Below, in pieces: positions 37,828-49,653 of a stretch of 64,000 bases of DNA. Source of the DNA: Curvularia clavata (Eukaryota); the NCBI GenBank assembly GCA_023920165.1, contig CP089277.1:2976001-3040000 (forward strand). Direction: 5' to 3'. The notes beneath the pieces are model-generated. The model worked only from the letters and a program-made list of their open reading frames with translations. It had not been told where the DNA came from and did no database searches. The translations under genes were made by a program, and so were the position numbers. The first letter of the stretch is position 1. Each line of letters opens with the position of its first letter.

Positions 37828-38459
37828 GATGAATAGTATATTGTCAATCAAGATGATCTTGCACAAGTCGGCCCATCTTGGTACTTGAGCAAATCTTCCA
37901 AGGTGCACAGGGACAAGGCTGTGCCAACTTCGCACGACTTGTACCACACGTTGACATGGGTTGATAGGTCGCTTCAGCAACTATTACGCCATAGTTCGGG
38001 TAGCTGCATCTTTCTCCGAAACCAATCCTATGATTGCTCTCACATGATTACAGTCGAATTCTAAGCAAGTATCAGTGGTCTCGTGAAAACATGCCACAGG
38101 TCAGGACCACTTTACGGCTGACCTAGATGTTTTTGCGCACAGAGAATGTGCGAAGTGGTAGGGGAAGAGGGCGCAAACAGGCGCAAGCTAGCTAGCATGC
38201 TTAATGCATGGTTGACGGTGCTTCTAGAATGCGTGTTTCTTCGTTGGCTCGTGAAAAGACATGGCGTGGCTTGGGCTTGGACATCATACTGGTACGGATG
38301 AAGCAACTAGATCTGGGATAATGACCCAACTCACTCAAGACCTCAACACTTATGGCAGCGCCAAAGACGCCGTGGCGCATGCATGGCATATGTGTACATT
38401 TCGCTGGCTATGTACTGACTTTTCAACTGACAGCATGAGAGGTACAAACCTTGTTCTGA

Positions 38460-38580
38460 TGGTGAAGGGTGAAAACATCAATCGCAGTGAAGATGAAAAC
38501 TCCACCCAAAGGGAAAGTGAAAACCTGCACCCGAAGTGAAGACGGAAACTTTCACTCGAAGTGAAGCAGTGAAAAGCTCA
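38460..38580. repeat. Degenerate tandem array of GTGAAG..TGAAAAC motifs
   Basis: gtgaagggtgaaaac, gtgaagatgaaaac, gtgaaaac, gtgaagacggaaac and gtgaagcagtgaaaag occur within about 120 nt. Confidence 0.5.
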
Positions 38581-38711
38581 ATAGTATCATCAAGAATGAT
38601 CGATCAAGCAGTCCATGCCACTGAAGCAAGCACATCCAAGAAGCAGATATAGCACAAATCGGTACACAGTTGGTCTGGGACATGATTGAGATCATACACC
38701 AGCTATTCAAC

Positions 38712-38948
38712 ATGGGATCTTGTGTGTCTTCAGCCCGAGAAGGACCGCGAGAACCTCACTTGGAACGTGCCAATCCTGAAACTATCGCAGCAGCTCGCGA
38801 GGCAGCAGAACGAGCGGCGGCTGAAAACAGAAGCCGTAACGAAACACATCTGGAATGGAAATGTATCGGTTGTGGTCAACGCAATATCAGGAACCGACCC
38901 GAAAGCATGAGGTGTCATCGTTGCCAAGATGCCGCCGGATCTTCCTAG
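38712..38948 (+). CDS. Small putatively N-myristoylated protein with a RanBP2-like zinc ribbon (possibly truncated)
   Basis: MGSCVS N-terminus; Ala/Glu/Arg helix; WKCIGCGQRN-x9-CHRC; the frame stays open for 54 more codons after the TAG. Confidence 0.5.
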   Translation: MGSCVSSAREGPREPHLERANPETIAAAREAAERAAAENRSRNETHLEWKCIGCGQRNIRNRPESMRCHRCQDAAGSS

Positions 38949-39551
38949 TACATCAATGCGTTCGACAAAAGTCATGGCCGAATATATCCAGTTGTTGATG
39001 CTCCCGCTGGAGCTGGCGTGGAACTATTTGCAGTGGGCACTGGGATTACGTGGACGATGGCCGGACATGCTATCGTCCTAGGGTCAGCAAGAACGGACAG
39101 TACACAAGGTTAGCGTCCTGGGATTGGTGGGCCGAAGCAGATGGGGGCAGATGTTGCGCATAAACTAGGACAGATTTGGTAGCTTGGACTACAAAGAGAC
39201 AATGAAGGAAACATGGCTGTGTGTGAATGACTCTGCCATGCATATGATCGATAGTGGTTGAAGCTGTGTGTCGTACTCTGAGCCTTTGGAATCTGACCAG
39301 TCAATACACCAGATTAGCTTGCAAAATGTCAGAGCAGCTATAAGGCACCTGTCGCATTTAGCAACCATGTAGTGACTCTGCCCAACGGTAGCGTGCTTGG
39401 ACGAGCAGCAGATGGTCATATGCATAAAAGTGACCTCGTGTGGGTCTCGCGATAATATCTAGACACATGGGCCAGGGACCAGGTTTTGGAAGCGTGGCTG
39501 GTTCAGCGAAGCCCAGGAGTCCTGAACGAGACATGATCAAGTGGAGCTGGT

Positions 39552-40407
39552 TCAGCGTTTGACGCAGAGGTCGCTTCTGATGACCCATTTCTCTCCGTCG
39601 ACGACTTCACGACCTTCGTGCAGCATACAGTCTGCGCCATGGCGGTGCAGTAGTGCGAGTCCGACCTGGAGACCAATTTGCAGTGGTTCAGGTGGGGGGT
39701 CCCTGCTCTTCTTTTTAGGTGGGTCTGGGTAAAAGACAGTTTCTCCACCGATGCAACCCGTTGTTGGAGAGGTGAGGTAAAGTAGCAAGGTCCACGTGGT
39801 ACGTGCTTTTACTGGCGGCGAGCCAGGAATCATGACATTGTTGGAGTCATCGTCTGCATCAGTTAGCGCCATGTAAAAGGCTACTGGGGCGGCAGCGCGA
39901 CAAGCGAGCATGGGCAGCGGACATACAATGCTGGTCGAAAAACTGGCCTTTGGAGTAGCGGTAGATGCGGATGTTGGGATTGAGACCGACGACTTGGCCG
40001 CCCCATAATTCGTTCCGCTGCTTTTCGTCCAATGGCAGCCCTCGGTGGCCTGCAGCACCCGTGACCAGATTCTTCAAGGCCGTCTGGCTCCACAGCCTCT
40101 CAGCAAAGGCAGGGTCGTCAACCTGGAAGCGGTCATTGACTCGCACGGCATCGCCCTTCTTGGGCTTCCCCGGTGTAGTGGTCAGCGGCAAGGTAGACAG
40201 GAACGAGACATAGGTCTTGCACAGCGACGCCGTCCAAAAGTTGGGGATGGTGACAATCTGGTTTGGGAGCACCTGTTGCAGTGCAAGGTCTGCTTCTGGG
40301 ATCAGAGGACTAAAGGCGGGCCAATTGGGTGGTTGCTGTGCCGACTGCGAGACTGGGGCAGCGGGTTTGGTCGATGTGCCTGGCTGCGACTTCTTCTTGG
40401 GAGCCAT
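39552..40407 (-). CDS. 2OG-Fe(II) oxygenase, prolyl 4-hydroxylase-like
   Basis: LNPNIRIYRYSKGQFFDQH/(Y)DD (HxD), WTLLLYL, GGETVFY, LHEG and KWVIRSD motifs; one intron. Confidence 0.88.
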
Positions 40408-40868
40408 GGCAGGACGGGGTTTGGCAAAGTGTGGTTCTGATTCTGTTGATGAGGAGCGGAAAGCCTGTGTAGTTGGGCTCTCGGGGCCTGAGTATGTAAG
40501 CAGAGGCGTATTGATGGGTGGGTGAGTATCTTTGCATGCGGACAAGGGAAGGGCAGCCCGATGGCACGTGCAGCAGTGTTAGGCCCGGCGCAAGGCTCTC
40601 ACGGCCAGCCTCTACCGACATCGTCCGACTACACCATCCCGCTGCGACAGCTCGACAAGGCCTCTCTGCTCTTCACGACGCCTTCTTGATACGCTTCACG
40701 GCCTGCTGCGACCGCTGCTGCACTTGTATGTATTGCGCGACGCCCGCCCGCCGCCCGCCGTCTCCAAAACAAGCGCGCCGCTAACCCAGCCGTCTGCAGA
40801 GGCCCCAAAACCTCACCTTTGCCATCGCTCCCACCGTTTTCACTCGCACCGAACATGGCGGCGGCAGC

Positions 40869-43800
40869 ATGGCCGTAGCCACTTCGAGCCAACACCAACA
40901 CCATGTCATCCCCCAAGATGACCCTCCCGCCCCTCGCTCCCCGTCTCCCGACCACCAGCGCGTTCCCGACATGGCTTCCGCGACCAGCGATGCGCCGCCG
41001 GCCATGCCTGCCTCGACCAGCGACGTCGCACCTGCCGACCCCAATCCCAACGCTACCGAAAACAATGTCGCCAGCCACGTGCCCCTGCTTGGCGATGCTG
41101 TGCCCCTCCCCGAGCCTGGCGACATGAACGGTGACCTGAGCGGCGACCTGAACGCCAACATGAATGGCAATATCAATGGCCAGATGCCTGCCGCTGACAT
41201 GGCTACTGTCCCCATGCCCATGGACATGTCCACCTCTGCCTTCCCCGCCATGGATCCCTTCATGCCCCCAACCACCAACGAGCGCCTCACGGCTTTTGCG
41301 CGCCTGCGCTTCGACGACGGCTCTTACTACATGCACACGTACCAAATCACGCTCGGGCGCAACATTCACCTTGCACACTTGGACATGAAGCGCCTTATCA
41401 AAGCCGAGGCACTACACGCACAGGGTCACACCAAGGCTGCCGAAGAGTATCTAAAAGGCAAAAAGGATAAGAAGAAAAAGAAACGCGAGCGCCGCGGAGC
41501 TCGCAGTGTTATCTCCGAGAAGGGCGGCATCGTCAACGTGCCAATCGAGTCCATGCCCATGGAATTCCAGCAGCGCCGCCAAAGCAATGCCTCGCACTCT
41601 CTCAGCTCAAACTCTCACCAAGCTGCTGAGTCGGCTGACGGCAAGCCTGCCGAACGCGCGCCTCAGGACATGCTCATGCAGGCGTTTCCCGAAGTGCCTG
41701 CCCAGTTCGACGGCCATGTGCCCGAAGACCCCAATGACTGCCCATTTGTCCCCATACACCCCCAGCAAATCATGGCCAAGACGGGATCTCTAGGACCCAA
41801 GGGCATTTCACGCGAGCATGCCAAGATTTTCTTCGACTTTGACGCTGGCCATTTCTGCATACACGTCTTGGGTAACAATGGCCTGCATCACGAAGGCGAG
41901 TTTTATCCAAAGGGCGAAACGATTCCCTTGGACCACGGCGATCATCTGCTCATTGGCGCTGTCAATATCCACTTCTACCTACCCGATGTTGCCCTTACCG
42001 AGCAGCAAAGGAATCGCCAAGAGTCAGGCTCACGTCCCATGAGTTTCTCGTTTGAGAACGGCAATGGCCAGTTAGAGAGTGACGAGCATATCAGCTCTGA
42101 GAGCGAAGACCAGCAGAGCGTCAATCCACGCCATGTCTATTACCACCATCCAGTCAGCGACAGTGAGGATGACGATGGCTTGGCAGATGAGGAGATGGAT
42201 GATTACGAAGAGCCACTTCCAAAGCCTCGACAGAAGACTAACCTCAAGCTCAAGATCAAAAACTTGCCGCCAGCACCAAGTGCCAAGGATAGTAAGAAAG
42301 CGCACAAGCGGAAGCCCCAGCATCGGGAACTCACTCCTGAAGAACCTCCTTCCAAGAAAGTCAAGATCAAAGTCAAAGACTCGGGCAAGAGCAAGGAGCA
42401 AGCTCGTGAGTCTGCCAAAGAACCAAAAGCACATAAAGAGCGCAAGGAACCGAAGGAGCAGAAAGAGCAGAAAGAAAAGGAGCCGGTTCCATCCAAGGAA
42501 ACGAAGGAACCCAAGGAACCCAAGGAGCCAAAGGAGCCTAAAGAGAAAGGCAAAGCGCCAGCCAAGGCTCCCGCAAAGACTACTGTCAAGGATGAGACAC
42601 CGGCTGAACAGTCCGTCAAGGACATTCCGGCGGCCACGAAGCCCGAGGCTCCGAGCAAGCCTCCGCCAAATGACAGTCCACCTCTTTTGCGTAAACCTCA
42701 CGAAGGTGAGCTCGAAGCAGGAGACATTGATGGACTTATTACAGAAGAGATGGCCATACAGCATAATTTGCCCCGGAATCTCATCGGTCACGTCGTCGAA
42801 AAGCGCAAGGGTCCTGGCAGGCCACCCAAGGATGGTATCATGTCAAAACGCCAGCGATCCCAACTCATCAAACAAGCAAAAGACATTGAGAGAGCGAGAG
42901 CTGCTGGTATCGATCCTGCCGACATACCCATACCGACTATCAAGCCAAAGGCTCCCAAGCGCAAGGAGTCAAACGCAGGCGATGGAGACGATGATGGCGT
43001 CATGGAAACGACAGAGCACGGTGACGGAACATTGTCTGGCCTCCAGAAACAAGCCAAGCCGATGCGACCTCCCCGCACCCCTTCGCCTGAGATGCGTATC
43101 GAAGACTACACTGAGGAGCAGCTACAACGTCCCACAGCAAACTACGTTGTCCTTATCCACGAAGCCATTTCATCCTCTCCTACTGGTCAGATGAACCTGC
43201 AGTCCATCTACACTTACATCGAGCGCAAATATCCCTGGTACAAGTTCAAGACCACCACGAGTGGCTGGCAATCCAGTGTGCGTCACAACCTTGGTCAGCA
43301 TGATGCTTTCATGAAGGGCGACAAAGAGGGCAAGGGATACCTTTGGCGAATTAATCCCGAGGTCTCAATTGAAAAGGAGCGCAGGAAGCGACAAGCGAGT
43401 CCCCCAATGAACCACGCTCCGCGACCACAGTACTATCAGCCACCGAATGGCTATCAGCCCTATCCCCAACCCGGATATCCATATCATCCGGGCATGCCTC
43501 ATGGGATGCCGCAAGCCCCACCAAGATTGCCACCAAGTCTTGCGCAGCCTCGTCTCCCTCCCAGCATGGCTCGTGGCGAAGGCAATGCTGCTGCACCCAA
43601 TGGGGCACAGAATGCGCCACACCCTTCACCTTATGCGTCTCCTTGGGCCGGTGGCAACACCAGTGGTAGTCCATCAGCTCCGAACCCTCCACGACCCTAT
43701 CCGCAACCCAATTCGCAAGCACCACCCGTCAACTCAGCGGCTGGATCAAGCGGACAATATGGCGTGTTGTTTCCTACAGCTGCACCGCAACAATCACCGT

Positions 43801-44726
43801 ATAGTGGGCCTTCGGCACCAAGTCCTTACGGTGGGCCATACGCTGCTGCTGGTGCAAGTCCATATGGTCCAGCACCGCCTCGTCCATATCCAACATATCC
43901 CCCGGCCGGCCAACAGGCGAATGCACCTGGCGCATCTCCTGCGCAGCGTAATGCGTCACCCTATGGTCCATCACAGACCCAAGCTTCATCACACCAGGGC
44001 TCATCAAATGAGAACTCAACACCACACCCCTCCGGACGATATCCGATTGGCGTGCATCCAGACCTCATTCGCCAGCTCGAAGCATATCGTCTTGTGTACC
44101 TAGAAAAGAGACCAGGGCCTGATGAGCAAAAGAAGGTGGACAACGCCATTCGAGCGTGCGTGGATAGGACGGTGCCTGAGGCGTCGTTGACTGAACCTGA
44201 AAGAAAATTGCTCGAATCCATTTGCGGTGTGGAGAGCATCAACAAACATGTCAAGAGAAATGTTGGTGTCAAGCCGGAGAGTGCACCAGTCGCTGTGCCA
44301 GCTACTGCGGCCGGTACTGCTGCAGCAATCGCTGCAGATGCTGCTGCCAACACCTTGAGTCAAAACCAGCAGCAGTCACAATCACAGCAACAGCAACAAC
44401 CAACTGGACAAGCTCCATCTGGGGCCGCATCAGCGTCACCCGCGCCTCCACGCGAGAACAGCGAGCCACAAAATTTCACACCGAACATGACTGGGGCGTC
44501 GCCAGCACCACCTGCCACGGTGCCGCCTTCGACTACCGCACCGGCACCTACAGCAGTCCCATCACATCGGCCGAGCGTCGAGCCAATTACCCCCGTTCCT
44601 GGCTCCCCAGCTGTACAGAACGGCACTCCGTTGAGGCGTCCGGTGAATGAATCAACTACAAATAGCCCGGCTCGCACCGAAGAACCGACCAAAGCAGAGC
44701 CGACTGAGATAGCTAAAACTGATTAG
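40869..44726 (+). CDS. fhl1: FHA + forkhead transcription factor, Fhl1-like
   Basis: Intronless 1285-aa ORF with an FHA domain (ITLGR...ISREHAKIFF...GNNG), a forkhead domain (RPTANYVVLIHEAI...GWQSSVRHNL), KEP repeats and a Pro/Gln-rich C-terminus. Confidence 0.85.
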   Translation: MAVATSSQHQHHVIPQDDPPAPRSPSPDHQRVPDMASATSDAPPAMPASTSDVAPADPNPNATENNVASHVPLLGDAVPLPEPGDMNGDLSGDLNANMNGNINGQMPAADMATVPMPMDMSTSAFPAMDPFMPPTTNERLTAFARLRFDDGSYYMHTYQITLGRNIHLAHLDMKRLIKAEALHAQGHTKAAEEYLKGKKDKKKKKRERRGARSVISEKGGIVNVPIESMPMEFQQRRQSNASHSLSSNSHQAAESADGKPAERAPQDMLMQAFPEVPAQFDGHVPEDPNDCPFVPIHPQQIMAKTGSLGPKGISREHAKIFFDFDAGHFCIHVLGNNGLHHEGEFYPKGETIPLDHGDHLLIGAVNIHFYLPDVALTEQQRNRQESGSRPMSFSFENGNGQLESDEHISSESEDQQSVNPRHVYYHHPVSDSEDDDGLADEEMDDYEEPLPKPRQKTNLKLKIKNLPPAPSAKDSKKAHKRKPQHRELTPEEPPSKKVKIKVKDSGKSKEQARESAKEPKAHKERKEPKEQKEQKEKEPVPSKETKEPKEPKEPKEPKEKGKAPAKAPAKTTVKDETPAEQSVKDIPAATKPEAPSKPPPNDSPPLLRKPHEGELEAGDIDGLITEEMAIQHNLPRNLIGHVVEKRKGPGRPPKDGIMSKRQRSQLIKQAKDIERARAAGIDPADIPIPTIKPKAPKRKESNAGDGDDDGVMETTEHGDGTLSGLQKQAKPMRPPRTPSPEMRIEDYTEEQLQRPTANYVVLIHEAISSSPTGQMNLQSIYTYIERKYPWYKFKTTTSGWQSSVRHNLGQHDAFMKGDKEGKGYLWRINPEVSIEKERRKRQASPPMNHAPRPQYYQPPNGYQPYPQPGYPYHPGMPHGMPQAPPRLPPSLAQPRLPPSMARGEGNAAAPNGAQNAPHPSPYASPWAGGNTSGSPSAPNPPRPYPQPNSQAPPVNSAAGSSGQYGVLFPTAAPQQSPYSGPSAPSPYGGPYAAAGASPYGPAPPRPYPTYPPAGQQANAPGASPAQRNASPYGPSQTQASSHQGSSNENSTPHPSGRYPIGVHPDLIRQLEAYRLVYLEKRPGPDEQKKVDNAIRACVDRTVPEASLTEPERKLLESICGVESINKHVKRNVGVKPESAPVAVPATAAGTAAAIAADAAANTLSQNQQQSQSQQQQQPTGQAPSGAASASPAPPRENSEPQNFTPNMTGASPAPPATVPPSTTAPAPTAVPSHRPSVEPITPVPGSPAVQNGTPLRRPVNESTTNSPARTEEPTKAEPTEIAKTD

Positions 44727-45899
44727 ATGTCATAATTTGTGAATTCTTGATTCCATTGAGCGCTATCTTTATTATTTTCTCTACTCCGGGTTAGCCAATC
44801 TTCTGCGCTGTCATACGTTTGGCGTTGGATTGGTCCTCTCTTCCTATTGAAGAGGAACATATGTTACAAAAGCACCGTTTTTTGGGGGCCTGGGCGTTCA
44901 CCACTTCATCTGAGAGCAACAACAAGTGAGGGAGCTGTACTCGATACCCACCAAGAGCATGGTTTGATTGGGGCAAGGCCATGAGGTTATACGAGGATAC
45001 AAACATACAACATCCTTCCCTTCTTATTGTTGTGTTTTACTTCTACGGCGCACAAAGGTTCATCAAGAGCATTTATGCGCCCCCTTTTTTTTAAACACCA
45101 TTCCCACGACATGAAACGACGACCCTAGCCCAAAAACGGCTATAAAAGTGAGATTTTTTTTCTTCCCCCAGCCTGGAGAAAGATGGAGTATATGTTTCTG
45201 GATTTTTGGGGGGGCGAAAGCATTAGAAATATGGGTGGGTGGGATAATCGGACTGCAAAGAACAATTGCCTCATTCAGCGGAAGTATGTATAGCTTACTA
45301 CTACTGCTTAGCCTAGCTAGCTGCATGAAATGAATTACATAAAAGCTTTTTTTGTCTTGAATGTACTTTTTCTCCATTTATCCATCGTGTATTTGTCGCC
45401 TGCAAAGTTCAGCCAGCGAGTCGTTTGGTACGAGTGCAATGGGCAACGGCATCTTCATTTCTCATGCAAACTAAGTAGACTGATCAAGTCATGCAAAATA
45501 CAATGGCGTATTCATGGGATCGCAAGAAGTAAATTCCATCCAAGTCCCTATCATATCGTTGCGTACAACTTTCCCCTAGTTAAGAGAAAAAAAAAACACA
45601 GCACTTCGTAAATCTGAGGGGTTGGTGGGTAGGTACCATCTGATGCGGAGAGATCCCACTATCAAAGACCAACAGAAAAAAAAGAGAAAAAAAAAACACA
45701 AGTCAGATGCCGTAATTATAAAGGAAAACAAAATGGATGGATAAGTAGAAAAAAAAAGGGAGAGCTCAAAAGCCCAATATGTCCCCCGCTTCTGACCATA
45801 TATCGCCGTACGCCTGAAGACTTTATATCTCATTCGCGCCCCTCCCTCGGCTAGCGACGTCTATGCTTCTCTGATAGTTTCCATACAACGCCCAGCTTC

Positions 45900-46691
45900 T
45901 CACATGGCCATTTCCGCCTGCAACTTCCTCAACTCCTCTTCCTCGTCGTCTTCCTCGACGCGCTGAGGAGCCTTTGGATTGGCATTAGGCGCTTGAGGAA
46001 GTTTCTGGCTCGAGGGCGCGTCGTGGATGGGGACACTTCCTGTATTGAGCATTTGCTCATCGAGCTTCTCTTGTTGTAGTTCTTCAAGCTCTGCGTCGAG
46101 CTCGCCGTCGTCGATGGCGTTGTTGGCGACGCTGGAAGTGATGGCTTCGCTGATTTCTTCTCCAATGGCGTGTTGTTCGCGGAGGTCGTCCCTGGATATA
46201 CGGTCAGATGGTTCGGCCTGGATTTCTTTCTCCTTTTGGAAATGACGTACATGACGTTGTCGACCTTGTCGATGGTCAGACCAGCATGGATCTGCTTCAT
46301 GGCCGCACCAGCGTTCTTCATGGCGTCCAGTGTCTCCTTGTTGATGTTCGCCGACTCGATCGAGTAGATCTGTTGTTCTAGGCTCATGATTTGCGAACTC
46401 GTCTGCTCAAGGGAGTGCTCAAACTGCTTCTTTCGTCGTAACGCGTTTTTGGCAGCTGGAATGGGGAGTCAGCGATGATATGTGGAGAGTCGTATATAGA
46501 CAGCGAATACCTTGCTTGTTAGTAGACACATATTTTCGCGCCAGAGCATCCTGCTCGTCCATTTGATTTTGCAGGTGCTTCTCCCTCTTGTTCAGCATCT
46601 CGAGTTGGCCGCGAAGCTGGAGGATGGCCTTCTTGGGCGCCTCCTTCTTCGCCTGGCCACCGCCAAACCAACCCAGGCCCCAGCCGCTCAT
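45900..46691 (-). CDS. snf7: ESCRT-III subunit Snf7/Vps32
   Basis: MSGWGLGWFGG, PKKAILQLRGQLEML, AKNALRRKK, EQQIYSIESANINKET and ...EEEELRKLQAEMAM*; two introns. Confidence 0.95.
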
Positions 46692-47045
46692 GGTGATATA
46701 GCTCTAGGGTTCTCAATCAGCTCTGGGCTTATCGCACGCGCTTCTGATCGGCTCGGATAGGCGCTTCGGGTGCCTATCGAACAGAGGGATGGCGGGGCTG
46801 CGGGGTGGTATGCGGCGTGGACGTACAGTAAAGAAAATGCAAAGATAGATTGAGGAGCTGTCAGGAAAGGGAGCTTGCGAGTTTGTATTGTGTCGAGGTT
46901 GCGATGCTGGAGTGTTTGAAGGCTGCCTGGGCTCGTCATGAATCGGGCCTGGATGCACGAGGGTATGATGTCGCTCGCGCTAACCTTGGCACGTGCACAA
47001 CGGACCCCGGCCATAGTTTCCACCGCCTTCTGCGCCTTCACCATC

Positions 47046-47459
47046 ATGTCTACCGCCCCGGTTCCGTCAAATCTGGTGCTGTTGAGCGATCTCCCGACAT
47101 GCGCTCCGGGCACTAAAGTCCGCTTCCTGGGCTGGTACAACTTGTCTGTGAGACTGCCATGCAGCAGCTGACAATGTCGCAGCGTTGATGAGTATATCGT
47201 TCAGACGGGAACTTTACGCCTCAAACACAACACCCCAGGCCCTGCCGTATCTGTCATTGCAAACGTCGATGTTGAACATGTACTGGAGCATGCGAAACAG
47301 CAAGATCTGGACGTCGGTACATGGCTCAATGTCATCGGTTACGTGCAGCGGAAAAAGGAAAAAGGGGTCTTCGTCCAGGCAGTCACTATCTGGGATGCAG
47401 GGAATGTTAATCTGGAAGCCTATGCCAAGGCTGTTCAGGCGCGCAAGGAGGCTTCATGA
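47046..47459 (+). CDS. ten1: CST complex subunit Ten1 (telomere capping, OB fold)
   Basis: Spliced MSTAPVPSNLVLLSDL...GTKVRFLGC/VDEY...VGTWLNVIGYV...VQAVTIWDAG; intron about 47135-47182. Confidence 0.85.
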
Positions 47460-47984
47460 GCATTGTAGTAACTGCTATCATATCTTCCGATGCTCGAGGC
47501 TCGCCAGTCCGAATGTTGACTGTGCATCAATGCGACCGTGGTCGAACAACTTGGTTCTAATTCCCAAACGACGCATGTTGAGTCTGCACTTGATCTAATA
47601 TGCACGGGTGAGGCATGAATAATTGCAGTGCCTAATACAGGTGATCAGCGCATGTGTATCGTACTCAAGGCAACTGTTGTCATCCACTACATCAGCTGTC
47701 TCAGTTGCCATGTGCGAATAACCGTGTCACGTGATCACAATAGGATCAGCTTCTGTGGACTGCGGACTCGCAATGTGCTTGAAGTGAGATCGACAAGAAA
47801 TACACAATAGAAACTTGACAACGCATCAGCGTGAAGGCGACTCAGAGAGTAGTTGTAATGGTGTGCAATAATTCCAATGTACAATCACTCCCGTCGTCCA
47901 ATCGGTGCCCCGTGGCTGGCTCGAGCAACTCCTCTGGGGAGCCGCGAATTCAACGTTTCGAATCCAAACCCTTTAGCAGTATCT

Positions 47985-49653
47985 TTACTTGTTGACATGG
48001 TTCAGTTTAACTTCCAGCGGCTTTTTGTCCTGTCCTGCCGTTAACAAATGAGCACATCACGATGCAAGTCACTTACCCAGAGAATATACGTGCTCTGCTC
48101 GCCCCAGTCCCAAACATCACTTGGGTCCTTCAACGCCAGATCAAAGCTCCATAGCAGCCTTGCAAGTATCACTCGCATCTCTTGATAGGCGACTTTCATG
48201 CCTATGCACATGTGCCTACCCATTGAGAAGGGCTGAAAGGCAGCCATGTTATCATCTTTGCCAGGATTAAGAAAGCGCTCTGGGATAAATGAGTTGGGGT
48301 TAGAGAAGTTGTAAGACTGGCGGTAGGCTGAGAATTGATTGAAAACGACGTAGGTCTAGAAAGCACTTCGCATTAGTATGTAAACTTTTATCATCGAAAA
48401 GGTGATAACTCACGCCCCCAGGAACCCATCGGTCGCAGACCATGTCTCCGCCCTCAGGCACGACGCGGGGCAATCCGATTACAACAGGCGGCCCGACACG
48501 CATGCCCTCATTTATCACTGCATTGAGATACGGCAGGTCGCTTGTGGTTGCCACGGTAATGTCGCTTTCGTTCTGGAACCTTTCACGAATCTCACTCGTT
48601 AGACGATGAAGAACACCTCGATGCTGGACCAACATCCTTGTAATGGCAGTCAATGCACTAGCTGTCGTTTCGCTCCCAGCAAAAGCTATAACCATTAGGT
48701 TCACGCCCCATTCCTGCTGGGTAAAAGGGTCTTTCTGATCCGTGTACTTTTTAGTTGGTGTTACCCAGTCTGGTCGTTCCACATCTAGTGCTATTCTTTT
48801 CTTGGCTTGCTCAACGCTCATTTGACGATGGTCCATAGACCTTTGAAGAATTCGTTTGGGGATGATGTAGCGCAGAATCTTTTCGACAGGGGGATATAGG
48901 TTGACGGCCCCAATCATGGCAAGTCCTTTGCCAAAGTCCTGTGCAATGTCGACCCATGGATGCGCCTTCCCGTTCTCGACACAACCAAAAGACTCGCCAT
49001 AAGTAAGGTCACCTGAAAGGTCAAACGTGAGGAAATTAAACCAGTCTGCGAGATTTGCAGTGTTGCGTTTCTTCAATTGCGTTATGAATAGATCAACATG
49101 CTTTTCGATGACAGGGGCTTGGCTTTTCAAACTCTTCTCAGAGAAGGCGTTTGCGAAAGCGCGCCGGTACTTTGCATGTTGTTCTTCATGCCAGTCCATG
49201 ATCGTGTGTGGCTCGTCCGGCGTCATTTTCTTGAAGAACGTACGGTTCCGCTCAAAGAGCTGGTGACCAGGCCGGCTACCGTAAATGTCCTTGATGGCAC
49301 GACCATCTGCGTAAGACAGCTCGTTTGGGGCAATCCGTACGACAGGTCCGTACTTGGCATGAAACTCGTTGTACCGCCTGTGGATCTCGCCACGTTGGGT
49401 GGAAACGACATATGGAAAACGGAAGCTGCGCCAGAGTAGTGGACCAGGGTATCCTCGGAGAGGGTGTAGAAAGACGTTATAGAAGGCGTAGAGAAATACA
49501 GACTTTATTGGAGCGTGAGTTTTGGTGTGGTGTTGGTGGAGGTGTTCTTACCGTGGCAATAGCCAACACGCCTGCTACTATCGGATGCAAGCCAACCGAT
49601 GACATCAGCCTCGAGTGGATGCCCGAAGCATTGTGACCATATCCACTGGCCAT
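47985..49653 (-). CDS. Cytochrome P450 monooxygenase (CYP65/Tri11-like secondary-metabolism clan)
   Basis: AGSETT I-helix, EGMR (ExxR), FIPERF and FSMGRHMCIG heme motif; GPVVRIAPNELS; three introns. Confidence 0.93.

Noticed and set aside
42079..43194. 371-aa alternative-frame ORF inside fhl1, plus antisense ORFs over other genes
   Set aside because: Shadow ORFs explained by codon bias and low-complexity KEP repeats.
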